Positions 10,597 to 22,307 of a stretch of DNA of 64,000 nt are shown in pieces. The notes under the pieces are model-generated. The model saw only the letters and a program-made list of their open reading frames with translations. It did no database searches and was not told the DNA's origin. The stretch is from the NCBI GenBank assembly GCA_023920165.1, contig CP089274.1, positions 868,001 to 932,000 of the forward strand, read 5' to 3'. How positions within the stretch are numbered: position 1 is the first letter of the stretch; each line of letters begins with the position of its first letter. The translations under genes and the position numbers were made by a program. The DNA is from Curvularia clavata. Lineage: Eukaryota.

Positions 10597-13470
10597 TTAA
10601 TTCTCAAGTTGACCAACAACACTAAATAACAACTGGTCTTCGGCCTTGTACAAGACGTCATCGTTTCCGAATGAGGTCTGGAGACTGCTGTTGATTCTCC
10701 AGAAGTTTCCTTGTTTGGCGTGTTTGACGCTGTGTCCTTCCTGCGCAGCGATGTCGGTAAGTTGCTTGATACGGTATGATACCGTCTTCTGCTGTGTCTT
10801 TGCCGATGCCCAGAAGCCTGCCAATTCATCAATGCACGAAACAGTAGTGTCCAGCGTCTCAATCAGGGTCGGTAGGTTTGAAAAGAGGCCTGAAGAGGTG
10901 AGGACGTCGACCGAAAGCATAAGTGCATAGCCCGGGAACGGTGTCGAGAACACAAACTCCGATCCAACGGATGGTGGCAAGCGCCGCTGGCGGTTGACCT
11001 TGGCTACTGCGTGCATTATGGAGACAAAGTTGGAGGCCATGCAAAAGGACTGCTTCAGGTTCCGACATATCTTGTCTGCCGGCAACGCATTGACGCGAGC
11101 GTGGCGATTCAGTCGAATTGCCGTTGCGCAATACAGAGCATGCAACGATATAAAAGTACCCGCATACCCTTCAATGATGCTCGTGTCAAGGTTTTGTCGA
11201 GTATAGCGCAGGCTTTCGGGAAGCATGGCATGCCAAGCGTCCAACTTGTCATATATCTTTGCATAGAACGTTTCGTAATGTCGTTCAAAGCCGGTGTCTG
11301 GCCGTTGGGTAGCTCGGCCAGTGAAGGTCAGCACGTCCCCCCACAGAGTCGAGATGAGACACAGCTGTGCCATGTGACCCATAATCGGAGCAGATACTGC
11401 TCTTCCACTCAAAAGTTCCTCGCTGAAGAAGGGTGCGTCAGACGGGGTTGAGCTTTCGTACATGTGGTCCGGACACGGGAGCCGAACGAAGGCATCTTCC
11501 AGACTAAGAACAAACAAAGTACCCCCGAAAAAGCCGTTGTATCGCTGCGGGAATGTCAAGTCAACGGGTGCCGGGTCCTTGATGATGTCGTAACTTACAT
11601 CCATCAGTAATCCAGACCAAAAAGTGCGTCGACAGCATTCTGCAAAAGTTTGACGATCAAAGCCGTAGTCCAAACTGACATTACTGTCGGCAAGGTCTTT
11701 GATGCCATCTTCCGCATTGAGCTTGAGGGCGCTGAGGGCGCGCAGACCAGCGCCACAGTAGTCCCACGCTTCCTGCGACTTGCCTTTAGCGAAAAAATAG
11801 AGCGCGAGCATCAACCGTGTCTGACATAGCTGCAAACTAAATTTCCCAAAGCGCTTCTCAGCTGCGTAGGCAGCAACAGAGATGAACCTCTTGCCCAGGG
11901 CTTTTCTCTCCGGATCTGATGCGAAAGTGGATCCCATTGCCAGGATTGAATAGAGAAGCATCAGGTGATCTTGATTTTTGTCACGGTTCGTCTCTACCCA
12001 TGAAAGAAAGGCTCGACGTGGAAACATGCTGTACGTTGCACGGCCAGCATGGCAGAAATAGAGCTCCAGCAGGTCCATTGTAAGCCTGGGGTCGGTGTCG
12101 TAAGGATCTTGCTCCCATTGAAGTGCAAGCGGATCGGAGTAGGAGCCACGTCCGGGATCCTCCATGATTTGATCATTTGCAGAACCACTCCAGTCCGAGT
12201 CGAACGATTGTACCGACATATCTCTCTTATCCCCAATGGTAACCGACCGAACTTTCCGCGGTCGATAAGGCGTTCCAATGTTCCAAGCGTCGACGGGTTT
12301 CGATTGTTCTCGTAGTTCTCCAAGGCCTTTAGCTCTTTCTGTAGCTGCTGGTGGGCTAAGGACTTCAGAGGATGGGTGCTTATACAGCGGCGCAGAATTG
12401 GACGGTGATATATCGCCGGGTGCATTGCTTTGATTAATTCCACTGCCGAGTGTCAACATTTGTCACCAAGTGATTCATGTGTTAATAGTAGAGGATTTAA
12501 GTCAATGCGCCGTAATTGCCCAAAGCCAGAAGGTGCGAATAGAAAATGCCACTTACCCTCTGCATACTCTTTGCGACTTTGCACATTGGTGGCATTTCGG
12601 ATAACCAGGTTCACATTTTATCTTCTTCTCACGACAAGTCAAGCAGGCCTGTGCAAGTCGCTTTCGAGGTTTACCAGCCTTGGTGATGCCCCACGAAGGG
12701 TTAACTGCTTCACCATCTATGATGGCTCGACAGTAGGTACCGTCCTCATACACATAGCAGAGCCCCTCGCCCGGTATCTCACGCTGTCCGACGCATCGGG
12801 AAGCTTGTATCGGTGCGCGTGACGAACCATCTAGCCGTCGCATTCTCACAGGTCTGCTCGGATCGAAGCCTAGTTCTTGTTGGCCTAGCTGGGCCATGAC
12901 GGGGTTTGTAGAATCCGACACCAATGAAGACGGACGGTGCCCGTTGCCACTCAAGTCATGTTGGGAAGGATGGACAAAACTTTCGCGACGCTGGAGATCG
13001 ACTCGGCTGATACCAAACCCTGCGCTGGATGTTGAGGAGGCGGTAGATGGAGTAGCATTCGAGACTGGGATAGATTGGCGATGGTGATAAAGCGGCTGAG
13101 GAGCTATGGCATTATGCTCTGGATAACCATGGAAGTGGTTGTCGTGCTCGTGTCGTCGCTTCAAAGTCGGGCTAGAAGACTCGTAACGGCCGCTCTGTGA
13201 ATACGAAAGCTGAGCGCTAGACGCACTCAGTGGTGGTGGATCGGAAGATTTCTTATCGAGTAGCTCAGGCTCTAACAGAGTTCGGAGACTTGGTAGTTTT
13301 TGAGCGTTGATCTGGTTTCCCGCGGAGTCTGTAGGGCGGACTTGGTGGCCAGGCGCCACGATTTCGGGTCGAGAGGCTGAGGTATGGTGTGGTGGATAGG
13401 AGCCGTACGATGGCGGAGGGCCTGAGTGTGACGGTATGCTAGTAGCTGGACGACTCATGTTGAGAAGCAT
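10597..13470 (-). CDS. Zn(II)2Cys6 transcription factor with fungal-specific TF (middle homology) domain
   Basis: Exons 13470-12557, 12442-11599 and 11544-10597 (introns GTAAGT...CAG). Cluster ACLTCREKKIKCEPGYPKCHQCAKSQRVC (CX2CX6CX6CX2CX6C). Fungal_trans-like motifs LLELYF, LLYSILAMG and ECCRRTFW. The start could be the downstream ATG (MSRPA). Confidence 0.9.
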
Positions 13471-14632
13471 AATAGGTAACGTGTGTTTTGATGTTCAGCG
13501 ATTGAAACGGGAAAACCTTCACGGTGCACCCTATCGACCGACCACATGAAGGCTTTTGGGACAGCAGGGGCTTTGAACCGCTGGAACAGTCGGAAGGCTA
13601 ACGCAGTGCTCCAGCTGTGATACTGATACAAATTAAGCATCAGCCAACGATCAACTGGTCGTGAACACTGATTAGCGTATGAGGGAGCGAGATCGAAAAG
13701 GTTGTTGCCAGCTAGCAGGAGTGTGACGGTGCGCCGGCTGGACTGCAACGGAATATTTGCTGCAATGTGAAAGAAATATACATACTAGTAAAAGAACCAA
13801 GCGTCCGTGCAGCACTGATGTCTGAAGATCGAGCACCGCTGCTCCAGCTTCTTATGAAATACAAGTTGGAAGCACAAAGCAGCAGTGCATGGGAGAGGGT
13901 ATGTAGGGGTGAGACGGGACGAACTTACAGACGCAGGGATTATGACATGCGGCGCAGACACAACGCAATCGACACCGAGCACGTTGCGGACAATGCTTGG
14001 ATTACCTGGCCGCGAGGCAAAGGATAATAGCAATAAATACGATAATACCGGCTAGCAAGGTGGAGGTGGGCGGACGACAGCGGGACCTGTGCTCGGCCAG
14101 GCAAGAAGTTACCAGGGCGCCCTTGCAAGAACAGGTTCCGAGAGGAAGCGACCGCGGCTTCAAAATAGGCCAGTTATCATTCCAGTGGCGTGCAGTGACG
14201 GACCGCCAGGGACATGGTCGTGGAGCTCGTCGCTGTTTGAGACCCGAAGATGCTAGGACAAACCAGGGTAGCGGATAAGCCAGCCGGAATATTGGCTGCA
14301 GATATCGAGTCGATACCGTCTGGGGGCAGGGTATGGTGCTGAGAGGAATGCACGTTACTGCAGTCGTGGATGGCGCGTGGGCGATGTGAGCCCCAGATCG
14401 TACCAACACGACACTAGCCAACCGCAGCTACCGCTAATGACCTGTGCAGATCATGCAGCATGGGAACAATGCAGTGAACATGTCCTTGCTATTCTGCCGC
14501 GAAACTCTGGGACCTGGCGTTAGGTTCTGGAGCGCGTCTGTCCAATGAGCTTGGAGCAGCAGAGGGCCGAGGGCCAAAAGTAGCGAAGGAGCGCAGCCAC
14601 CATAAAACGATGCGCGCGCGGGCTGCAGGAGG

Positions 14633-14756
14633 AGGGACAGGACAGGACACGACAGGACAGGGCAGACATACGGGGCGTCATGAACAATGCAAACAAAAAA
14701 GGCCCAAAGTGCCGGCGGCCGGCCCTGTATCGCCAGCAGCAGCAGCAGCAGCACCA
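14633..14756. repeat. (GGACA)n and (GCA)6 simple repeats in the divergent promoter region
   Basis: gggacaggacaggacacgacaggacaggg and cagcagcagcagcagcagca read directly. Confidence 0.65.
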
Positions 14757-15559
14757 GGCCCATCCCCGCGCAGCCATGGAGAAGCTGATGTTCCCTTGTT
14801 GCCTGTCAGCTGGAAGACGTCGGCGGGCATGCTAAAAGCGGCGGGCGAAGCCAATCGGAATGAGTGAACAGTAGCCGTTGAGCGGCCGATGGAGACCATC
14901 TCGATTCTTTCACGTCCCGGATCCCCCTAACGCCTCTCTGGCTTTGCTTGCATGGAGCTATCTTGGCCCGCACCGAACGGCTCGAGGCCTCTGGCTCGGT
15001 TTCTTGGAAGCTAGACGGGGCTCTGCTTAGTACGATGCGGGCTCGTCAAACAGACGGCGTAGGCATATAAAGTAGTATGTAATGAGGGCAACAATACGGC
15101 CGAATGGATCCCTTGATGGGCTTGACACGTGATAGCATGCTGTCACTGCTGGCCGCTCTGTCAGCGCGCCTATGTGTGTGCGTGCGCCGTGTGCATGTGG
15201 TGCAGGTGAGGCTGCTGTAATGTCGATCTAGGGACGGGTGTCGAGGCCCACTCTGGCTGCGGATGACGCCCACAATACATTTTGCACCGTATTCTGAGAC
15301 AAAGGACCGAGCAGTCAGGCGAGGGAAGAGGCAACTGGCCAGGGTCACGACAGAGCGGATCGCCGTTGAGCTGGAGTGAAGCGAGGCGGCTTGCGAGTCA
15401 TTGGCCATGTTGGGGTATGAGGGTGAGTATGAGTAGGGCCCTTCGGGAGTGAGAGCGCCCCGGTCACATGGACGCTAGCGGCTGCTTACGCAACTAGCGC
15501 CTGCGCCCGCCAAGCGAGGGCCCATATCACTTTGTCTCTGCAGGTGCAGCCGAGTCCAG

Positions 15560-15592
15560 CAACCACCGACAACCACCGACAACCACGACAAC
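15560..15592 (+). repeat. 10-nt tandem repeat (AACCACCGAC)x~3 in the WW-gene leader
   Basis: aaccaccgac aaccaccgac aaccacgac read directly. Confidence 0.75.
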
Positions 15593-15702
15593 AAACTGCC
15601 ACTCCCGGAACCTCTCGCCGCAGCCGTGCCGCCACAACCTGGAACAGCGAGAAGCCCGCATCGCAACTTCTAACGCGTTCAAGTGCACAGGAGACGTTCG
15701 CC

Positions 15703-16604
15703 ATGGCTTCCAAGAACGACCATCAGCCGCCACCAGCTGCCACCACACAGCCCGGCGACCGCCGCTCCAGTGCCCAAGGAGATGCAGCCGCCGCCCCAGG
15801 CAAGCGCGACGCGAGCTACACGTACAACAACGAGGCTCCGCTTCCTTATGACGACAGCGCTCCTCCCCTGCCCGACGAGCCTGCCCCCGATGCCAAGAAC
15901 AATGGCTGGGAGCCCAGGTGGGATCCCACTAGTCAGGCCTACTACTACTTCAACCACTTCACAGGCGTCTCGCAGTGGGAATGTCCCCGTGAGCTCGAGA
16001 CCGCTCCTTATCCTCACAACGCGTATGACACTCACAATCCCCATGACAGGTTTGCTGACTATCATTTTCTTCTCTTGTCTTTCCCAACCTAATACGTGAA
16101 CTCTACAGAACCTACGCTAGTGGCATGCCCGCTATGCCTTCAGGCTACCCTGTGACTTCAAGCGCTGGTGCAGCTGAGGCTAGTTCTCGCCCCCCGCGCA
16201 AGTGGGGAGGCTACAACCCAGCAATCCACGGCAGCTACGATCCTAACGCAGATTACGCCAAAGCAGCCCTTGAGGAAGAGGAAGAAGAAGAGAAGGCTGC
16301 CGCTGCTGCCGCCCACGCACCTTATGGAGCTGCCCAGGACTACTCTGCCACTGCTCAATTCAACCGCTTCACGGGCAAGTTCCAACAGGCTGGCAATGGC
16401 CCGGAGCTTCACAACGACGAGAACAAGAGCAAGCGCCAGATGAATGCTTTTTTCGATGTCAATGCTGCCGCGAATAGCCACGATGGCCGTAGTCTCAAGG
16501 CAGAGCGCCGTGCTAAGCCAATCACCAAGCAGCAAATCCAGGCGTACAAGGAAAAGCGCAAGCAGAAGAAGGATAAGAAGCGCATGGAGTTCCTTCTCAG
16601 TTGA
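15703..16604 (+). CDS. WW-domain protein (conserved fungal; basic C-terminus)
   Basis: ATG 15703 (gccATGg). Exon1 15703-16049, intron 16050-16108, exon2 16109-16604, frame-consistent. WW domain GWEPRWDPTSQAYYYFNHFTGVSQWECP; C-terminal FNRFTGKFQ...KSKRQMNAFFDV...HDGRSLKAER. Confidence 0.85.
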
Positions 16605-17288
16605 GCGCATAAGGCGGTAAGTAAAGAAGAAAGCTGCAAGGTCGGTACATGCACTAATGCGGTCTAGGCATCAGCAGCACGTTTGAGCTTGCGCACTGTG
16701 CGCCAGGCTTTCCTAGGTAGGGCTTGACACTCGTGGCATCTATGTATGATTCAAGGCTGTAACATGCCAGCCTCGAGAAGATTCATACTTTGCCTTGAGA
16801 CCGTTTGTTTAGCGCCGCGGTATCACCACCACATAGGTCACACGAATATGCCCTTGATCTCACGCGCTTGTTTTAGTAAATGATGGCTTATGGCTGATTG
16901 CAACAAACCCATTCCCTGCTTCTTAATCTCGAGGTAACTGTACAATTATCAGATGGAGTCAGAGGCCATGACTTGAGGCTCCTGTCAAAAGGCCAAATAT
17001 TGGTCTTATACGTGGTAGCGCATAACCCTAGGACCTAAATAGCACTCCCCCCTGCAATACACTTCAACTAGTATAAGCTTTCTCTCGTCTCTTGTACGTG
17101 CCTTCGCCCGTCTTTCTCCCACTGACATCATGGCCTAGAACAATGTGCGGCCATTTGTCAAAACTGTAAATCATGCTCTGCAGCAATGCCTTTGTCGTAC
17201 AAACTTTCCGTAGTGCGTAGCTGAGAAGCTTTCTTGCAAGCGGTCAAGCCACTAAGTGTGTATATGATCGTCATCGATCTGGACTTGC

Positions 17289-18004
17289 TCAACCATCCTG
17301 CGGCGCGCCATCTTGAGTATTCAAGTTTTCCATCTGCTTTCGGGCACTCTCCACCGCCGTTCCAGCTGTTGTCTCATGTGCAGAAGCAATGTCACCACCC
17401 TCTGCACTGTCCGCATTGGCACCGTCCGCATTGGCACCGTCCATGTCCTCGTCAGCGCTTTCGCCGGCTGTCGCTTCACCAGTCTGACCAATACCCTTTT
17501 CCAACTCTTCGACGGTAGCAAGCAGCCAGTCCACCACGTCATTCTTGTCGTTGATCTCGGCCTCGTACACTGCGTCGTGGCCCGCACGGTTGACAAGAGT
17601 GACATCAGCGCCAGCGTTTACGAGAAGCTTAACGCTCTCGAGATGGCCGTTAAGTGCTGCCCAGTGAAGGGGGGTGTTGCCTGCTTCGTTGACTGCATTC
17701 AGGAAGCCTGGGCTAGGCTTCTCTGTGCCGACCGACAGGAGCAACTTGATAATATCTGGGCAACGAGTCAGGTTTGGGAAATTTGATGTCAGGGCTTTGG
17801 AATCGTACCATTATGGCCATTCGCAGCAGCATAGTGCAGCGCGCTGTTCCTTGAATTGGGGTCGATGGCCGCGGTCACCAAGTCGGCCTTGGACTGCTTG
17901 GCTTGTGCTGACAGCTCGGAGAGAAACGACTCGAGCTCGGCTGCTTCATTGGCACGCGCGAGATAGAGGATCTCGTCTATGGCGTCTTCGTCTAGGCCCA
18001 TCAT
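17289..18004 (-). CDS. YAR1: Ankyrin-repeat protein, Rps3 chaperone Yar1-like
   Basis: Exon1 18004-17809, intron 17808-17756 (GTACGA...CAG), exon2 17755-17289. DEILYLARAN, NSALHYAAANGH, GNTPLHWAALNGHLESVKLL and an acidic tail. Confidence 0.85.
17409..17442. repeat. In-frame 15-nt tandem duplication in YAR1 (DGANA x2)
   Basis: gtccgcattggcacc repeated twice plus gtcc. Confidence 0.8.
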
Positions 18005-21000
18005 GTTCGATGTTGGCTTTGCGTTTCGGTGTCTGCTTGATGATTCTGTGTAGATAATTTTTTTGGGCAGGGCTCGCCCAATAAGGAAGGCGGGGGCGGG
18101 GTACAAGGCACTAGCATGGTGCTTCTCGGCCTCTTTCCTTGCCACAGACTGAACTCAGCCTGCACATCCTCACTAACATGCCTGTAAACCTACCCTCCTC
18201 GTACCTGTGCATGTACGTGCATTGCGCTTCTCGGCTATGCACCACACTGTACACACTACATACCCAGCGCTGATTACTTCTGTTATCACTCCTCCTCAGC
18301 ATAAACACCTTCGCATGCCACACCCCTGACTGCAGATCCTGCATCCTAGATGGACCAGTACCGCAATCAATCTCTCTCGGAACGCTAGAACAGATGAACA
18401 GCCCTGTACCAAGTATGGCGTGCAGACACATTACCTAGTCTCTTCTCAGGCCGCCACTTGTCTTTGCCCAATGGCGTTCATCCATGTCCTAGAAGGCTGA
18501 AACGAGCCCGCCGCTCTATCCACAGCCGCAGCGGAATCAAGCTTCCTCTTCTAGCATACCCAAAGTCAATTTTGATACGTTTCACCCTGGTCTCGGCTGA
18601 TGAGTCTGCCACGGCGGAGCGAACTGAGTCGGTCTACCTCCGAGGCTAAACACGAAGTCTTTGTAGTCTTGCTTTAGACATGCTTGCATTGTTGAGGTGC
18701 AAGATCAGCATACCGGATATCCAGGCCAAATACCCTTTGCTTAACCACCAACATACGCAACCGTGCGACCTCGTAGGGCACAATCAAGGAACCACATGTG
18801 CTCGACTAAGCGTCCAGCCAGAATCCTTCACTCAACAAATTCAGGGTACATCGCTTGACAGTTGAGCGGGGGTCTCAGGCCACCCTCTCACTGCCGTTCC
18901 GTTGATCCTTGTCAGAATAGATTAGCACAAGAGGTTCGATCCATGAACCTGGTCCGCCCGCGAAGATCCAAGATCATAACGGGCCTAGGCGCATCGCGTG
19001 CCTCGGCGCAAATATCGTCACACGAATCCCTGACGCACCTCCCTTCCCGTACTACAGCGTTTGCCAATCGTTCCACGCTTATGACAAAACCAACACTCGG
19101 CTCCGACATGACGCCCATGCCTCCGACGCTTCAATTGGCACAAGCACTCTTAATCTTCAGTAAGCCTAGATCGGCACGGACGTTAATATAGACCTAAATG
19201 AAATGGGGATATTGTCCGTCGGATCACAACCGAGCCCAGTTTTCAAACACCAGTGACAATGCATGAGTCCGGTCTGCAGGTACACTGTGTTTTTGACTGT
19301 GCTCTTGTCCGCTCATATCCATGTCGCCGTTGACCATATGCCTTCCCAGGATGGGTCATATCCCGACCGCTCAAAGCTTCGGTTTTAGCGTACATGATAG
19401 TACGAAGTAGCCGCACCCGGCGACTGATGACAGGTAACCGTCCGACTCCACTAATGATTTGCCGGTTCCCCTTCGCTAGACTGAAACATCCCGCGAACAT
19501 GACTTGTGTATACAGCTCGCTCTCTGTATAACACATGGAGGCATTTTTCGTTGCCAATGCGCCCTTTGTCTCACGCTGCGCCAACATACAGGGTATCTCT
19601 ATCAATCCTACAGCACAAGTACACCGACTTGTACTAGGACAATATACGATACATCCTCAAGGGTACCGCACGTGGCAGCAGCCGACCGAGTCAAGCTCAA
19701 CAGCAGTACAATCAATACGCTGATACTGCTGCAATGCCGCTTTAACACCACGTCACTGTTATTTTGTTCGTGTCACCGAAACTTGCAAAGCTAATTTGCT
19801 TTTTACCCTTCCTCGCCGCACATTAAGATACCCCGCGCGCACTCGGACGGCACGGCTATGACACGCAAGGATTCTTCGTATGGCATACCAAGGGCGGCTC
19901 TTGAAGCCGAGTCGATTGTTATTGCTTTTTGGCAGTAGTGTACCGAGTGTCAACTAACCGACTGCCGTCCTGGGCGTATTACATTCGAAGGAATGGACGC
20001 CGTACGACGCAGCCGGTTGGACTTTCCCTGCTTCGCCGTGTGGCTGCATTCGAACCAACATTTCGTCACGCGAGTGCCGTTGTTCGAATGAGCAAACTTG
20101 GCAAAGAGGGATCTCCCACCTCATCTGCGCATCTCCATGCGTCTGTTGTAATGTGGCAGAAACAACTGACCCGCACTTACATTCACGTCGCATGCGAGCC
20201 AATGCAAGACATTGTGTCGCACGTCGGCAAAGCATTAGAAATCTCTATCAAGACTTGCAAAGTCCCCAATATTTCCTGAACCTGACAATCAACAAATACA
20301 TGACGAGCCCCGTTTTGAGCGTCGCTAGATGTTGTGGCGCATCGAACAAGGATAACGGATGCCGAAAATCAGCTCATTACATGCCGGATCCAGGCGGGCC
20401 GACAGCTGTCTGTCGGTGTTCTGAGTAAGGGTTGGTTTACGTGGCCTTGCTTCGGATGATTCACATGTCAAAGCTCAAAACGAAAAAAAAAGAAGAGGAT
20501 TGCCCCCTTCCAGACGCCGAAAGCGGGTCCTTTACATGCAAAAATATCCTGACACAACACCTCTATCGCCAACCGAACGAGAAACGGAATAATTTGCCTG
20601 CGTTGAAAGCCTCGAATAAGCTGTCTTCTTTGCATCCCTTCTCACTGGCTGCAGCTCGTCACACCGGCTACTAGGGTTCTCTGCCTATTTTTCCGGTCGC
20701 AAAGTGGCTAAACTACCCAAGCGCTCCACCTTCCCCTTCTTTTTCTGGAAGCTCTGCTGTTCAGTGTAGAAGCCCGAAGCAAAGGGGGGGCCTGTAGACT
20801 TCTCGAACGTCCCTATCTTTGTCGGTATCAAACCGGATCCTTGCGACCCCAGTACATATGTCGATCCTACCGCTTGGCACAGGTTGCATTCAGGCAGAAT
20901 TATGGGTAGGATAACATGAACTATCAGACGTCACGATAAAGAGAAATTGAAGGAAGGGCCTCCTTCTAATCTCCATGGGGTCTGTGCAGCTGAGAAAAAA

Positions 21001-22307
21001 AAAAGGGATCATGTTCTTTGCTCATCTTTTTTTTTAGCGGGCTGAGTGAAATGAAGAACTACAATGATCAGTGAAGAATATGATTAGCTTGAGATTCACT
21101 TAATTTGACAGCTGACTTTGACTCGTCACTAGACAAAGACGCTAAGAAATAAGTGCTATACATAGCCACATTCTTCATATCACTAGTGTTGCAAGGGCAG
21201 AAAGACGATTAAAAAAAATGTACAAGGGTTGTTAAGATGAAATTCCCGTAAAAATCTTCCGCCGTCATCATCGACAAGCAAAACAAGCTACTTTGGGCCA
21301 TACCATGGCCCGTCCTATGCTGACATTTTCCATTATGCTGGATTTCCTTTGCCTCGGAGGCAGGCGGGATAGATAGATGCCAAGCTGATCACGCCGCCGC
21401 CAACCTCGTGTCATTCGAGTAGTGTGAACGTGCAGGTGACCTCACCCCCTCAAAGTGTCTGGCTGGCATACTCTGAGAATACGAAGGTTTGTCTCGTCTG
21501 CGGCTTGGCGGGTTAATGAATGTTATGAAAGTTCGTCTGCATGTAGTTTGTACAGTGCTGCTGTTAACAAGTGGGTTGTGTCTACGGAGAAGGAGCAAGG
21601 CAAGGTAAATATGGGATGCTGGGTAAAGAGTGGGGGAAGGATGAGTTGGACTTGACTTACCCCTGTCTGAACTCTACCTGTGGTCACGCTCAGTTCTTGT
21701 TTTTTTCGAGTAGCCAGATAGGAATCTGTCAGGTCAGGAATATGTATGTATTTGATACAGAACAGACTGTAGTTCAAAGTTTGTGCGAGGATACATTACC
21801 CAGCATCATGACAAAGAGGTAAAGAGTGCTTGTAACTGGTGCTCGTCTAAATTTCGCCTTTTCTCTCTCTCAAAATCCAGGAGTTATTGTACGTTTGTGT
21901 TCTAGAAAGATGTGTAGTCTACGGTCACACTTTTACAGAGAAACGGATGGGGAACAGACAGTGAAGGACAGGGAACTTGACAGTTAAGAGAGATAATGCT
22001 TGTACTTTGGACGCGGTGTAGTATATTATATTTGCTGCACTGGAAAAGAACAGGGACAGCGAGATGACCAAAAAGTAGACTGCGCATTGTGCTACGCAAT
22101 GGAAGTTGTGATAATACATGAGAAAGAAAAAATCGATGTAAAAGAAGAGAAAGAATCCCATCCGGGACATGTCAGATACTCACATCCATCCCTTTTTCCC
22201 AGGAAAGAAAGGACGCCAAATCATCTAAATAACACAGAACGTAGTCTTAAACAAGAGATAGAAACAGAAATCCCTCCGCCTTCGCCTAGAGTATCCAAGA
22301 GTACAGC

